Part shown: piece after piece, positions 47,370 through 56,852 of the stretch
How the letters are laid out: every line of letters starts with the position of its first letter
Position numbering within the stretch: position 1 is the stretch's first letter
DNA from: a virus
Length of the DNA stretch: 64,000 nt
Direction: 5' to 3' (one strand)
IMG/VR virus record: IMGVR_UViG_3300025133_000027
Coordinates: 112,255 to 176,254 of that record
Program-made: the position numbers and the translations under genes
Notes under the pieces: model-generated
Databases searched by the model: none
Told to the model about the DNA's origin: nothing
What the model saw: the letters and a program-made list of their open reading frames with translations, nothing else

Positions 47370-47399
47370 AAAAGAGTCATCCGAAAGGGTGGCTCTTTT
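47370..47399 (+). terminator. Rho-independent terminator
   Basis: AAAAGAGTCATCC-GAAA-GGGTGGCTCTTTT. Confidence 0.85.
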
Positions 47400-47409
47400 A
47401 CTATTTATA
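47400..47409 (+). promoter_or_regulatory. Putative late promoter ACTATTTATA
   Basis: Exact motif abutting the terminator. Confidence 0.7.
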
Positions 47410-47416
47410 CATATAT

Positions 47417-48556
47417 ATGGAGACAAACATGACAAAGCCCGGTGATACCTTAATGGATGAAATTTTTTCGAAAAAGAAAAGAATAAATATATTGAATACT
47501 CTCATTAGAGAGTCTATATCTGATTTTCGGTCAGAGTCTCAGAAAGAACCCAGGACTATTAATTTCCCAACTTTCAAATTCACAACAAAAACAGGAGTTC
47601 CTGATACAAAAGATCGTGTTCACTTCGAGAAGATAGCTAGGGGTATCAAAGGGGATACTGTTAAAGACAAGCTCACTAATTTAGATAGAGCCTTATATCC
47701 AAGGAATGGTAGCACAGGGCAGGTTGGATTAGATCACTTAATATCAAGCCTAATGATTTCAGATATTATGCTCGGGATGGTTCAGAACTTCAACAGATCT
47801 GCTGCTGGTTTCTTGTTTGAAACATTCTGTGCTGCCTTGTTCGAAGGCACTTCAGACGGCTTTGGTGGCATTAATAATGTACCAGACGTTGCAATTCAGA
47901 TTATAAAAGGATACGAGGGAGAACTCCCACTTATTCCAGTTTCACTTAAATTAAGAGCACCAAATTCAGACCTTAGTGGTAGTTTCACAAATTTACTTAA
48001 GTATTTTAATAAGGAAAGAGAATTATTCCACTTAATAGGTGAAAAAATAGTAGACAAAAATTCTCTTAAAAGAGTTGAATTTTATGCCTACAGACTTACT
48101 GCGGATCCTTATCATTTCGGGAAGGACATAAATAATTTGGACAAACTATTGATGATTACAAGAGAGCAGGAAAAACAAGCCCTGCCAACTGTAAGAGATA
48201 TGCAAAGTCGATTCTTGAATAATATTTGGAAAGAAAAGGAACTCAAGGGAACCAAAGACGAATTTAAGTTAGAAAAAACATTTAGAATCCCAGCAAAAAC
48301 CTGGAAGAATTCCTCTACATATCTTGGCGCAATCATAATTGACGAAGAGTTCTTAGCTAGAAATACAAGTAGATATCTAGAAACTTTCCAAACTAACGTC
48401 GAGGAGATCTTTGACACACTAAAGACCTTGACAGAAAGCATGTCCTACTATTATACTGATGCTGAGAACAAATTCGAACACGGTAGGCAGGCCAGAGAAA
48501 AGTCTGCACACTTAAAAGAGTTGGTTCATGAAGAAATTACTATGGAGGGTAAATGA
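47417..48556 (+). CDS. Late protein, possible PD-(D/E)xK nuclease fold
   Basis: GFLFE.F.A.L..G...VPDV...VSLK spacing. Confidence 0.45.
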   Translation: METNMTKPGDTLMDEIFSKKKRINILNTLIRESISDFRSESQKEPRTINFPTFKFTTKTGVPDTKDRVHFEKIARGIKGDTVKDKLTNLDRALYPRNGSTGQVGLDHLISSLMISDIMLGMVQNFNRSAAGFLFETFCAALFEGTSDGFGGINNVPDVAIQIIKGYEGELPLIPVSLKLRAPNSDLSGSFTNLLKYFNKERELFHLIGEKIVDKNSLKRVEFYAYRLTADPYHFGKDINNLDKLLMITREQEKQALPTVRDMQSRFLNNIWKEKELKGTKDEFKLEKTFRIPAKTWKNSSTYLGAIIIDEEFLARNTSRYLETFQTNVEEIFDTLKTLTESMSYYYTDAENKFEHGRQAREKSAHLKELVHEEITMEGK

Positions 48557-50133
48557 GTGAGTTTAATAAGGTTTTCTCAAATAATCAAGAGTTGTTTGAG
48601 AAGTTACAAGAAGGTGTTGGCAAGTTAGCAGACAACGTAGCTACGACACTTGGGCCAGCAGGAAGAAATGTGATCCTGCAACAGAAAGGTCGTAAACCCT
48701 TTATTACAAAGGACGGAGTTACGGTTGCTAAATTTGTGAGTTTAGAAGATCCTGTCGAGGATTTAGGCGCTCAGATTGTTAAAGAAGTTGCCTTAAAAAC
48801 TAACGAACAGGCTGGTGATGGAACTACTACTTCTATCGTTCTTGCAAGAGAACTTCTTAAAAACTCAGGTAGGGCTCTAAAAGAGCAGCATCGTCCAATC
48901 GATCTCAAGAGAGGCATGGATTATGCTCTTGAAGATGTGATTTCTTATCTAACCTCCAATTCGATTGCAGTCAAGTCTCTCGATGATATTAAGAATGTTG
49001 CCAAGATATCAGCTAATAATGATGAATCCATTGGAGAACTAATCAGGATGGCAATAGACCAAGCTGGAAAGAATGGAGCGATCTCAATTGAAGAAGCGCG
49101 CCAAGCAGAGACTGAGCTTGAGCTTAGAGAAGGCTTCAGGTTTGACGCAGGCTGGTCTTCCCAAGAATTTACGAATGACGAGAAAGGTAAACAAACTAAG
49201 TTTAATGACTCTCTTGTATTTGTTTCTGAAAAGCCACTTGAAAGTATTCAAGAAATCATGCCTATGTTAGAGAAGGCAGCTAGAGAAACAAGGCCGTTAT
49301 TTATTGTTGCAGAGGATTATTCAAAAGAGGTTCTTGCTGGATTCATCATGAATGCTTCTAGGGGAACAATGAAAGTCTGTGTAGTTAAGGCTCCCTTATA
49401 CGGGCAAGAGCGCAGAAACTTGCTCAGTGACTTGGCGATTAGTGTTGGTGCTAAGTTGTATAATCGGAAGAATACGCTTGATCTAAAGAACTTTAAACTA
49501 GAGGATTTTGGTAAGGCGGATAATATCGAAGTAACTAAAACATCAACAACAATTATTGGTGGAATGGGCGATGAAGAAGAACTAGACGCTCGCATTGAAA
49601 GTTTAAAGGAAGACATCAAAGAGGAAGATGATTTTAGTATTTGTGAGCAAATCCAAGAGCGTATAACTAGACTTAGTAGTGGCGTTGCTATTATTAAAGT
49701 TGGTGCATCATCTGAGATCGAATTGATTGAGAAAAAGCACCGAATTGAAGATGCCTTGGAGGCTGTAGGTGCCGCGCAGAAGAGCGGGATACATGCTGGC
49801 GGCGGTGTTGCTCTTATGAGGGCACAACGAGCCATGAAGAAGAAAGTAAAAGGAGAGACCGAAGCAGAGCGCGTCGGCTATCTTGTTGTTTTAGAATCGC
49901 TATCAGCACCGCTCAAGCAGATGTGTACGAACGCAGGGATTAGTAATCAAGTTGTTGATAAAGTTACTAGGATGAAAGGCAACTATGGCTATGATATTAA
50001 GTCAAATAAGAAAGTTGACATGGTTAAGATCGGGATCATTGATCCAGTGGCGGTAACATGCTCTGCTTTGATTAACGCAGTTTCTGTCGTTTCAACAGTT
50101 GTGACAACAAACTATGCAATCTTGGAGACTTAA
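48553..50133 (+). CDS. groEL: Chaperonin GroEL
   Basis: TLGP.GRNV, TKDGVTVA, AGDGTTT, ISANND and GGGVAL motifs; no GGM tail. Confidence 0.96.
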   Translation: MSEFNKVFSNNQELFEKLQEGVGKLADNVATTLGPAGRNVILQQKGRKPFITKDGVTVAKFVSLEDPVEDLGAQIVKEVALKTNEQAGDGTTTSIVLARELLKNSGRALKEQHRPIDLKRGMDYALEDVISYLTSNSIAVKSLDDIKNVAKISANNDESIGELIRMAIDQAGKNGAISIEEARQAETELELREGFRFDAGWSSQEFTNDEKGKQTKFNDSLVFVSEKPLESIQEIMPMLEKAARETRPLFIVAEDYSKEVLAGFIMNASRGTMKVCVVKAPLYGQERRNLLSDLAISVGAKLYNRKNTLDLKNFKLEDFGKADNIEVTKTSTTIIGGMGDEEELDARIESLKEDIKEEDDFSICEQIQERITRLSSGVAIIKVGASSEIELIEKKHRIEDALEAVGAAQKSGIHAGGGVALMRAQRAMKKKVKGETEAERVGYLVVLESLSAPLKQMCTNAGISNQVVDKVTRMKGNYGYDIKSNKKVDMVKIGIIDPVAVTCSALINAVSVVSTVVTTNYAILET

Positions 50134-50151
50134 AACTCCTTCCTAGAAAGT

Positions 50152-50192
50152 CCCTCCCTTGGTATAGTAAGACATAAGCTACCAAGGGAGGG
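50152..50192 (+). promoter_or_regulatory. Extended -10 promoter inside a 13 bp inverted repeat covering the next RBS
   Basis: TGgTATAGT; arms CCCTCCCTTGGTA and TACCAAGGGAGGG. Confidence 0.65.
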
Positions 50193-50195
50193 GTT

Positions 50196-50534
50196 ATGAG
50201 TGATGAGCAAAGAGATAGATTAATAGAGTTGCTATCTGACATTAATGTCGGATATAGTGAGCTAGCAAATAATGTTTATTCAGTAAAAGAAGTATTTTAC
50301 CACTATCAAAATATTATAACTGATGAGACGTTTATGGTGATGTTAAATAATTTAGGAAAGAAGCAGGATAAGCTTTCAAAGATCTATGATGAAATAGGGT
50401 CGATTTTAGAAAATAAAAAAGACGTTGTTGAGAAACATAATCAGGAAGATCTTGATCTTAAGAAAAAAGAAGTCAAGAAAGAACTTGATGAAATGTTGGA
50501 AATACTAAAAGTTGATCCACTCTCAAGGAGATGA
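50196..50534 (+). CDS. Hypothetical coiled-coil protein
   Basis: 112 aa with GGAGG RBS. Confidence 0.7.
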   Translation: MSDEQRDRLIELLSDINVGYSELANNVYSVKEVFYHYQNIITDETFMVMLNNLGKKQDKLSKIYDEIGSILENKKDVVEKHNQEDLDLKKKEVKKELDEMLEILKVDPLSRR

Positions 50535-50535
50535 T

Positions 50536-51225
50536 ATGCATAATGTTGTAAGTATCAGTTTAATTTTAGCAGTGGCTCTTACTGTCACTATCCGAACCGA
50601 CCATCTTAACGACGATTTTGTAAGTCCTTATTGGAGAGCTAGGAGCGGGTTTAAAATTGCAAAAGTGGATAGGCGTGTCTTACCCAAGGCAAGAAGAGTT
50701 GTAAATGCTTTCTCTTCAAGATACAAAAATAAACTTCTGAGAGAAACACTCAAATCTGTAAATATTGTCGGGATCTTTAGAATAGGAAAGATGAATTACA
50801 GTGGCTCTTATCGCCGTAATACAATAGTGTTGAAAGTCCCGATGAGACATTCTGACTTCTATCTTGAAAGAGTCTTGCATCATGAGTATTCGTCTATTCT
50901 TTTGAACAAATATTCTATGCCTTGGAAAGATAAATTAAAGTGGAAGCAGAGTTCTGATGTATACGGAGGCAAGAAACTTCGAAACTACTATCTTCGAAAT
51001 AGTCAAGGAGCACGCTCTGAACACAAATCTCTTCTTCGAAAAGGGTTCTTAACTCCATATTCGGCCACAACTTTTGAAAATGATTTTAATATTCTAGCTG
51101 AATATTTATTTATGAAACCTAGGCATTTTAAATATCTTGCTAAAAAATATCCAAAAATACGGATTAAACGAGATATTGCCATAAGATACTATTGTAAACT
51201 TAAAGCGAGGATTAGTTGCAATTAA
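50536..51225 (+). CDS. Secreted or anchored zincin-like metallopeptidase homolog
   Basis: N-terminal hydrophobic segment; LHHEYSS (second His lost); GFLTPYS...ENDF...AE. Confidence 0.55.
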   Translation: MHNVVSISLILAVALTVTIRTDHLNDDFVSPYWRARSGFKIAKVDRRVLPKARRVVNAFSSRYKNKLLRETLKSVNIVGIFRIGKMNYSGSYRRNTIVLKVPMRHSDFYLERVLHHEYSSILLNKYSMPWKDKLKWKQSSDVYGGKKLRNYYLRNSQGARSEHKSLLRKGFLTPYSATTFENDFNILAEYLFMKPRHFKYLAKKYPKIRIKRDIAIRYYCKLKARISCN

Positions 51226-51560
51226 CATTAATTCTTTTTCTTTTTTCACTAGGATACACTTTAAGTTGGTTTCAGACATACAGCCAAGTTGCTTGGGAAT
51301 TTTGGAGTGATAAGCCGCTCTTAAGCGCATTAATCTATGCCATACCGACTAGTTTATTATTTTGGTATGGCACAAAATTAGGTTATGATTTCTTTAATAA
51401 AGAAGCGTGGACAGTTCGACTAATAATGTTTGCTGTATCATACTTGGTTTTTCCAATCTTGACACATTGTTTTATAGGAGAAACAATGTTTACCGGAAAA
51501 ACTATAACTTGTGTTTTATTAAGTTTTTTAATAGTTTTAATACAAATATTTTGGAGATAA
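51216..51560 (+). CDS. Four-TM membrane protein (DMT/SMR-like)
   Basis: Four hydrophobic helices; F.GE motif before TM4. Confidence 0.55.
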   Translation: MQLTLILFLFSLGYTLSWFQTYSQVAWEFWSDKPLLSALIYAIPTSLLFWYGTKLGYDFFNKEAWTVRLIMFAVSYLVFPILTHCFIGETMFTGKTITCVLLSFLIVLIQIFWR

Positions 51561-51561
51561 T

Positions 51562-52023
51562 ATGGATAATTTAGAAAAAGCTCTTGGTACAGAATACATC
51601 AAGACATATGCCGAAAAAAAATATGACGAAATGATAGCAGAAGAAAAAAAAAGAACAGATTTAGCGAAAAAAGACTACGAAGAAAGACATTCTAATTCTG
51701 AGCTTGAAAAGAAACCTGCTAAATTAAATGTGATCAGAGAGGCAATGCTCAGAATTGTCAATGTAAACGAAAATCTGAAGCATTTTGTCTTGGCTTTACC
51801 GGGAGCCACCAAGGGTGATATACAGGTTACACAGAAAGGAAGAGAGCTCACAGTAAAGACACCAAAGAGTCAATATGGATTTTACTCTACTTTACACAGG
51901 CGATTTTTTTTAAATCCACTTCAGCACGTTGAGGGTGTTTCCTACTCTGATGGACTACTATGTATAACAGTATTGGAAATAGAAGAAGAAGAACCTGAGG
52001 AATTTGTTCACGTTGTTATTTAA
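51562..52023 (+). CDS. Hsp20/alpha-crystallin-like protein
   Basis: LPG..K.DI.V.....L.V...F.L......Y.DGLL.I.V. Confidence 0.75.
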   Translation: MDNLEKALGTEYIKTYAEKKYDEMIAEEKKRTDLAKKDYEERHSNSELEKKPAKLNVIREAMLRIVNVNENLKHFVLALPGATKGDIQVTQKGRELTVKTPKSQYGFYSTLHRRFFLNPLQHVEGVSYSDGLLCITVLEIEEEEPEEFVHVVI

Positions 52024-52031
52024 CAATCTTT

Positions 52032-52058
52032 AAAAGCTGCCCACGGGCAGCTTTTTTT
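52032..52058 (+). terminator. Rho-independent terminator
   Basis: AAAAGCTGCC-CACG-GGCAGCTTTTTTT. Confidence 0.9.
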
Positions 52059-52103
52059 GTTTTAGGGAACTTTCAAAAAGTTAGACTATTTGCATTTTTA
52101 AAT

Positions 52104-52113
52104 ACTAATTATA
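52104..52113 (+). promoter_or_regulatory. Putative late promoter variant ACTAATTATA
   Basis: 1 mismatch; after a terminator and before an RBS. Confidence 0.55.
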
Positions 52114-52137
52114 GTAGATTTTTGGAGACTATACTAT

Positions 52138-53385
52138 ATGAACGATATGAAACTTATAATGGAAAACTTCGACAAGAAAATTAAATTAAAACAAGAGCTT
52201 CTTAAAGAAGTTAACCTAAACGGAATGACTAACCAAGACATCCTTGCTTTGCTTGAAGAGTATGGAAAAAGTGTATGGGTTGTTTTTGACACCGAGACTA
52301 TGGGTTTTGATCAGGTAAAGAATCAAATAACAGAAATTGCTGGTATTGCTATTGATGTTGGTAATTGGGAAACTGATCCTCAAGAAATTGAGACTTACCA
52401 TAAGAAAATTACACTCTCTAGAAGCACGACTCGTTCTCTTGATTGGTATGTTCAACAAGCCTTAAAGACTGGTACACCACTTATCCGAGATCCTTTAAAG
52501 GGTAGACCAAACCCATTCGAGCTTCTAGACATGACTGGGTATTTTGAAGTTAACCCATCTATCGATCCTCAAACTGGCAAAGTAAATTATGGCAAGCTAG
52601 ACGCAAGTGTTCCTCATGTTGATGAATTAGAAGCACTCTCTGGTTTCTATAAGTTTATTAGCAAATTTGGCGACAATACAATCATTTGTGCTCACAATGC
52701 TACTTTTGACATGCAAATGGTAAACACTAGAATGCATGGCAAGTCCCCAAGGTACAGGGTCTTTGACACGCTTCCTTTAATCCAATACTTCCTAATCCCA
52801 ACTCTACATGCGCTTGCCGCCCAAGGCAACGAAGAAGCAATAGCGAAACTAGACGTGATTAAGAATGTATGGAAGAACGGTCGTGTCGTATACTCAGCAT
52901 CTCTTGGTAAGGTTCGTGATATGTATGGAGTGACAGGTCAATGGCACTCTGCTCTCGCAGACGTTCAGATGACAATTCAAGTTGCTAAATATGTAATCCA
53001 GGAACTTAAAGCAAACCCTGACCTTGATATTTCTGAATTCCATGATGCGGCAGTTAGAAAGAAAAGAGGATATAAAAGCAACCCAGCAAAGAAATTAAAG
53101 GCTGCTGCTGGCCTTGAAGATATGGAAGCTTTGGCAGATCAGCTTCAACAACATGCCCAAGATGCTGGTAGAGAACTATCTGACGGAGATGCTCTATCCC
53201 TAGCAAAACAAATGAGAGCCGAGTGGGCACGAGAGAAACTTGAGAAGAAGGGTCAAGGCTGGAAACCTTCTGGTAGAGAAAAGAGGCGTCGTAAGATTAA
53301 GAAGAAAGATGCTTTCGAAAGATCACGACTCGATCCAGATAGTCCAGAAGGTCGTGCCCTTGAGATTCCACCAACAGGCAACTAA
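52138..53385 (+). CDS. DEDDh (DnaQ-like) 3'-5' exonuclease
   Basis: VFDTETMG, AHNATFD and HSALADV motifs. Confidence 0.85.
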   Translation: MNDMKLIMENFDKKIKLKQELLKEVNLNGMTNQDILALLEEYGKSVWVVFDTETMGFDQVKNQITEIAGIAIDVGNWETDPQEIETYHKKITLSRSTTRSLDWYVQQALKTGTPLIRDPLKGRPNPFELLDMTGYFEVNPSIDPQTGKVNYGKLDASVPHVDELEALSGFYKFISKFGDNTIICAHNATFDMQMVNTRMHGKSPRYRVFDTLPLIQYFLIPTLHALAAQGNEEAIAKLDVIKNVWKNGRVVYSASLGKVRDMYGVTGQWHSALADVQMTIQVAKYVIQELKANPDLDISEFHDAAVRKKRGYKSNPAKKLKAAAGLEDMEALADQLQQHAQDAGRELSDGDALSLAKQMRAEWAREKLEKKGQGWKPSGREKRRRKIKKKDAFERSRLDPDSPEGRALEIPPTGN

Positions 53386-53396
53386 AGAGGCTAATT

Positions 53397-56198
53397 TTGA
53401 GAAATAAAATTATTAATGAATTCAATAATGTAGACCGAAAAACTCTTCATGATATTCAAGATCAGTTTACAATCGCTTATGAAATTGAGCTTGAGTCGCA
53501 AGACAATATCGGAGAGCCGGGAGAGGAGAGCGGCAATTACTATATGAACTCAGACCAGATCTATGAACGACTGGCTGAAACATACCATATGGATAACTAC
53601 ATTGATGATATTTATGAATATATTCGCGATAATGTATATAATCACAGTGGTGATATTGAAACCTACACTGAGAAACTAGAGGTTATTGCTGCTTTTGAAG
53701 CTACAGATCGAAAATCAAACCTTAATAAGAAAATTTTTGAAGCCTATAAGCAGTATATGGATTGGAAAAACAATTCTATTGCAGTTAATTTTCTGAGAGA
53801 CCTTGTTGAGACTTATGATGCAGATGAGTTAGCGGGAAGGCTAACTCCCGGTTATGAACTTTATGACAATGACGGAGTTGGATTTGTTCCAAAAGGAAAC
53901 TTATCTTTTGATTTTGAGAAAGGCCTAAAGAAAGCTGAGGATTACGGCCCTGAGGATGTCGCTAAGGGCATAAAGCCTCTTGAGGAAAATTACTCAGATT
54001 TCTTGCATAGGCTTTGGTGTTGTTTTGTTGTTGACCTTGAGTTTACAGAGTTTGCAAATAGAGAAGACGAGTTAGATGAGGTGTATGAATATGAGGAATT
54101 CTCAGTGTATACAACTCTATCTGTAATGGGCTTTAAAGAGTTAGCACTTGAGATAAAAAAAGAAGGAAGTAGTCTCTATACAGATCTTCAAGGCTCTTCT
54201 GATACAATAAATGAATTTGAGCCTTCTTGGTATGCTGATGGTTCTGACTTTCTACTGGAAATCGCACAAGGTATCTTAAGTGGCTTTAAAGATTTAGTTG
54301 AAGATCTAGCAGAGACAGAAGAGATCGACAATCCAGATGCCTGGGTCATTGAAGACTCACAAAGAGGAGGGGGCGAGCCAAAAGAGGTTCTAAGCCAGTA
54401 TCTTCCAAAATTTATGAGAAGATGGGAAGATGAACTTAAATTTGAAGAAGATGGTTCACTTCAGAATGGTATTGAGTTCTCACCAGAAACCTATCTTGAA
54501 GGCCTCAAAGAAGCACAAGACTTTCTAAATGATTTCTTTGATGATTTTAATTACCAAAGCAACTTTAGATTTTCTAGTAGGACTGGGCTTCATATTAATA
54601 TTGGCTTAGAAGCGTATGATGGTTCATTTAACTTAATGAAGGGTCTGTTATTCTTATCAGAACCACGAACAAAAAGCATTGATTCCAATAAGAAATATTA
54701 TGCATATCAAGGAGCGAAAAGTCGCCTATACTCACAATGGGCAAGGGCACTTAGCCCAAAGGTTAGAGAGTTAATCATCAAAGAGTTAGCGATCGGAACT
54801 CAAGATCTTGGGCAACGTTTCCGAGAATTAACTTTTGAGAACGATACAATGCAACATGCCCTGTCCAACTTGGTTCTTAGAGCTAACAGAGAGAACGGAG
54901 TTAAGAGCACTGGGTTTAATGTTACTCACACTGAACACTTTCACTATGTCGAGTTTAGATACCCTGGACACGGGATGGATAAAGACGCGATTTATAATCT
55001 AACAGAATATTACTGCTATATCATTAAACTAATGACAGACCCTGAATATAAAAAGAAAGAATATATGAAGAAGCTCATTGGTTATATGTCCTTAGCGGAG
55101 AGCGAAGCCAGTAGCATAGAGAAAGAGCGTATAGATGTTATTAAGACTATACCGAAAGGCACTATTCTAAAAACTAATGTTGTCTTAACGAATTCTGACA
55201 ACATTTTTGAAAGTCTTGACTCTTTTATAAATATATATGATGAATATAATGTTTGGTTGAATAGAGGAGGGAACACTCATGACGAAGAAGAGGATGCTCG
55301 TAATCTTGTAAACAGCAATATTATAGGTTTAAGAGGATCGGCTACTAAGTATATTAGGTTTGAAAAGCTTGTTAAAAGTAAAGATAAGACAGTTGTTAAA
55401 TTTGATAGCTTTACTTTGAAAGATGGGTTTCAAAAAGAAGAGACTAGTGTGGCTCTCTTTCTAGCAATGTTTTCTGATCAGAGAACACTAGAAGACGCAA
55501 AACTCACAAAACCAACAACAAATGAGTTCTTCCCAGATAAAATTAGATCAAATAAGGAAATGGGTGGGTTTTTATCTAAATTTACTGTTGCTTATAACAA
55601 TTTGTTTACGACAGAAGAAGGGAGGAGTTTGTTATATCTTCCTAGGGATAATCAACCAAAATTATTAAAACTATTAAAAACTCTAAAAGAATTTATTATA
55701 AAAAAACTACCATATTCTAAAGTTTATGAAGATAATCATATGTCTATGATGAAAAAAATAGAAAGCAATAACTCTTCTTATTATGAGAGGATTACTCTTC
55801 AAAACCGTCATGTAGTTTTTCGTAAGAAAGGGATAGATAATTTATTAATAAGAGTCTTTCGGCTTTCCTTGCACGTTTTGAATGAATTTACAACTCCGGC
55901 TTTTCTTGGAGAAAACAAAAACACGGCATTTCCTAAGAGAAAATACGCCAAACTTAGAAAAGGAACCACTTCTAAAGACCCAGTAATTCGAACTTTGAAT
56001 TTTAATGAAGAACTTCAAATTTTAAAAACTGGAAAATACTTTGCAAAAGTTAAAACAAGTAAGAACGAAATTGGTTATGTTGCCCTCCAGAATCTAAGTA
56101 AAAAACCATTAAAAAGAATAAGTAAAAAAGCTCTAAACAAAGCAGCAAGAGACAATTCTATATCTTCAATCAACCCCACTGCTGGGGCTAGAGGTTAG
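53397..56198 (+). CDS. Putative amidoligase (COOH-NH2 ligase) with a C-terminal SH3b-like domain
   Basis: YEIELE, EDGSL, GIEFSP, TGLHINIG and VEFR motifs; C-terminal LRKG....VI..L...E.LQIL.....KVK.....GYV....L. Confidence 0.7.
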   Translation: MRNKIINEFNNVDRKTLHDIQDQFTIAYEIELESQDNIGEPGEESGNYYMNSDQIYERLAETYHMDNYIDDIYEYIRDNVYNHSGDIETYTEKLEVIAAFEATDRKSNLNKKIFEAYKQYMDWKNNSIAVNFLRDLVETYDADELAGRLTPGYELYDNDGVGFVPKGNLSFDFEKGLKKAEDYGPEDVAKGIKPLEENYSDFLHRLWCCFVVDLEFTEFANREDELDEVYEYEEFSVYTTLSVMGFKELALEIKKEGSSLYTDLQGSSDTINEFEPSWYADGSDFLLEIAQGILSGFKDLVEDLAETEEIDNPDAWVIEDSQRGGGEPKEVLSQYLPKFMRRWEDELKFEEDGSLQNGIEFSPETYLEGLKEAQDFLNDFFDDFNYQSNFRFSSRTGLHINIGLEAYDGSFNLMKGLLFLSEPRTKSIDSNKKYYAYQGAKSRLYSQWARALSPKVRELIIKELAIGTQDLGQRFRELTFENDTMQHALSNLVLRANRENGVKSTGFNVTHTEHFHYVEFRYPGHGMDKDAIYNLTEYYCYIIKLMTDPEYKKKEYMKKLIGYMSLAESEASSIEKERIDVIKTIPKGTILKTNVVLTNSDNIFESLDSFINIYDEYNVWLNRGGNTHDEEEDARNLVNSNIIGLRGSATKYIRFEKLVKSKDKTVVKFDSFTLKDGFQKEETSVALFLAMFSDQRTLEDAKLTKPTTNEFFPDKIRSNKEMGGFLSKFTVAYNNLFTTEEGRSLLYLPRDNQPKLLKLLKTLKEFIIKKLPYSKVYEDNHMSMMKKIESNNSSYYERITLQNRHVVFRKKGIDNLLIRVFRLSLHVLNEFTTPAFLGENKNTAFPKRKYAKLRKGTTSKDPVIRTLNFNEELQILKTGKYFAKVKTSKNEIGYVALQNLSKKPLKRISKKALNKAARDNSISSINPTAGARG

Positions 56199-56481
56199 GA
56201 CTAGGGCAGGAGGAGGACAGGAGGGGGTCCATGCAGACCTGTAAAAGCCTATACTACGCTCTATAATTCCTCTCGTAGGCGAGGGCACCTTTGGAATAAG
56301 AGCGCCCTCTGATGAGGTTTCATCAACTAGTTTTATATAAATTGGATTATAAATAAAAGCAAACTTCTTTAGGGTCTAGAGTTAAGTTTCTTTATTTATT
56401 ATAGCAAAACTTGTAATTCATAGAACTGAGTATAAAAAGTTTGCTCGCCTTCCTTAGAAATTTTCCTAAGATACAATCCTG

Positions 56482-56510
56482 TTGACTTTGATATAAGATT
56501 CATATATACT
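56482..56510 (+). promoter_or_regulatory. sigma70 promoter firing into non-coding DNA
   Basis: TTGACT-N17-TATACT. Confidence 0.7.
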
Positions 56511-56729
56511 TTAAAACAAGAAAAAGAACTTCTCTTCTAGAATGTTTCTAGCAGGGAATTTGATTAGTAAATTACATTTCTAAAATTTCTAATCAAACTT
56601 AAACTACAACTTGAACAAGTAAGTAAAAACATCAAGTAGAGTTCTATATAGTGCAGCTTACTTTATCATCTATACAACAGTCAAGTATCAACTAGATGTT
56701 TGTATAGTGTGTTTAGTTTTAATATTTTG

Positions 56730-56738
56730 ATTATATCA
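56730..56738 (-). promoter_or_regulatory. Extended -10 promoter on the minus strand
   Basis: Reverse complement reads TGaTATAAT. Confidence 0.45.
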
Positions 56739-56795
56739 TGACGTATTAGAAAAGAAAATAGCTTAAGAACAAGCAAAAACAATGAGTTGCATTGC

Positions 56796-56824
56796 TTGAA
56801 CAATAATTCTGTTCACGATATGAT
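56796..56824 (+). promoter_or_regulatory. sigma70 promoter
   Basis: TTGAAC-N17-TATGAT. Confidence 0.6.
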
Positions 56825-56852
56825 GAAGCTCAACCAAACGAGGAGGGCCATA

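Noticed and set aside
56221-56435. RNase P RNA (GAGG..GTCCATGC resembles the P4 5' strand)
   Set aside because: No matching P4 3' strand and the other conserved regions are absent.
56184-56490. tmRNA (GGGGCT...GAC start and a YAL* peptide)
   Set aside because: No T-arm (TTCRA), no complementary acceptor 3' end or CCA, and the 5' part overlaps the amidoligase coding end.
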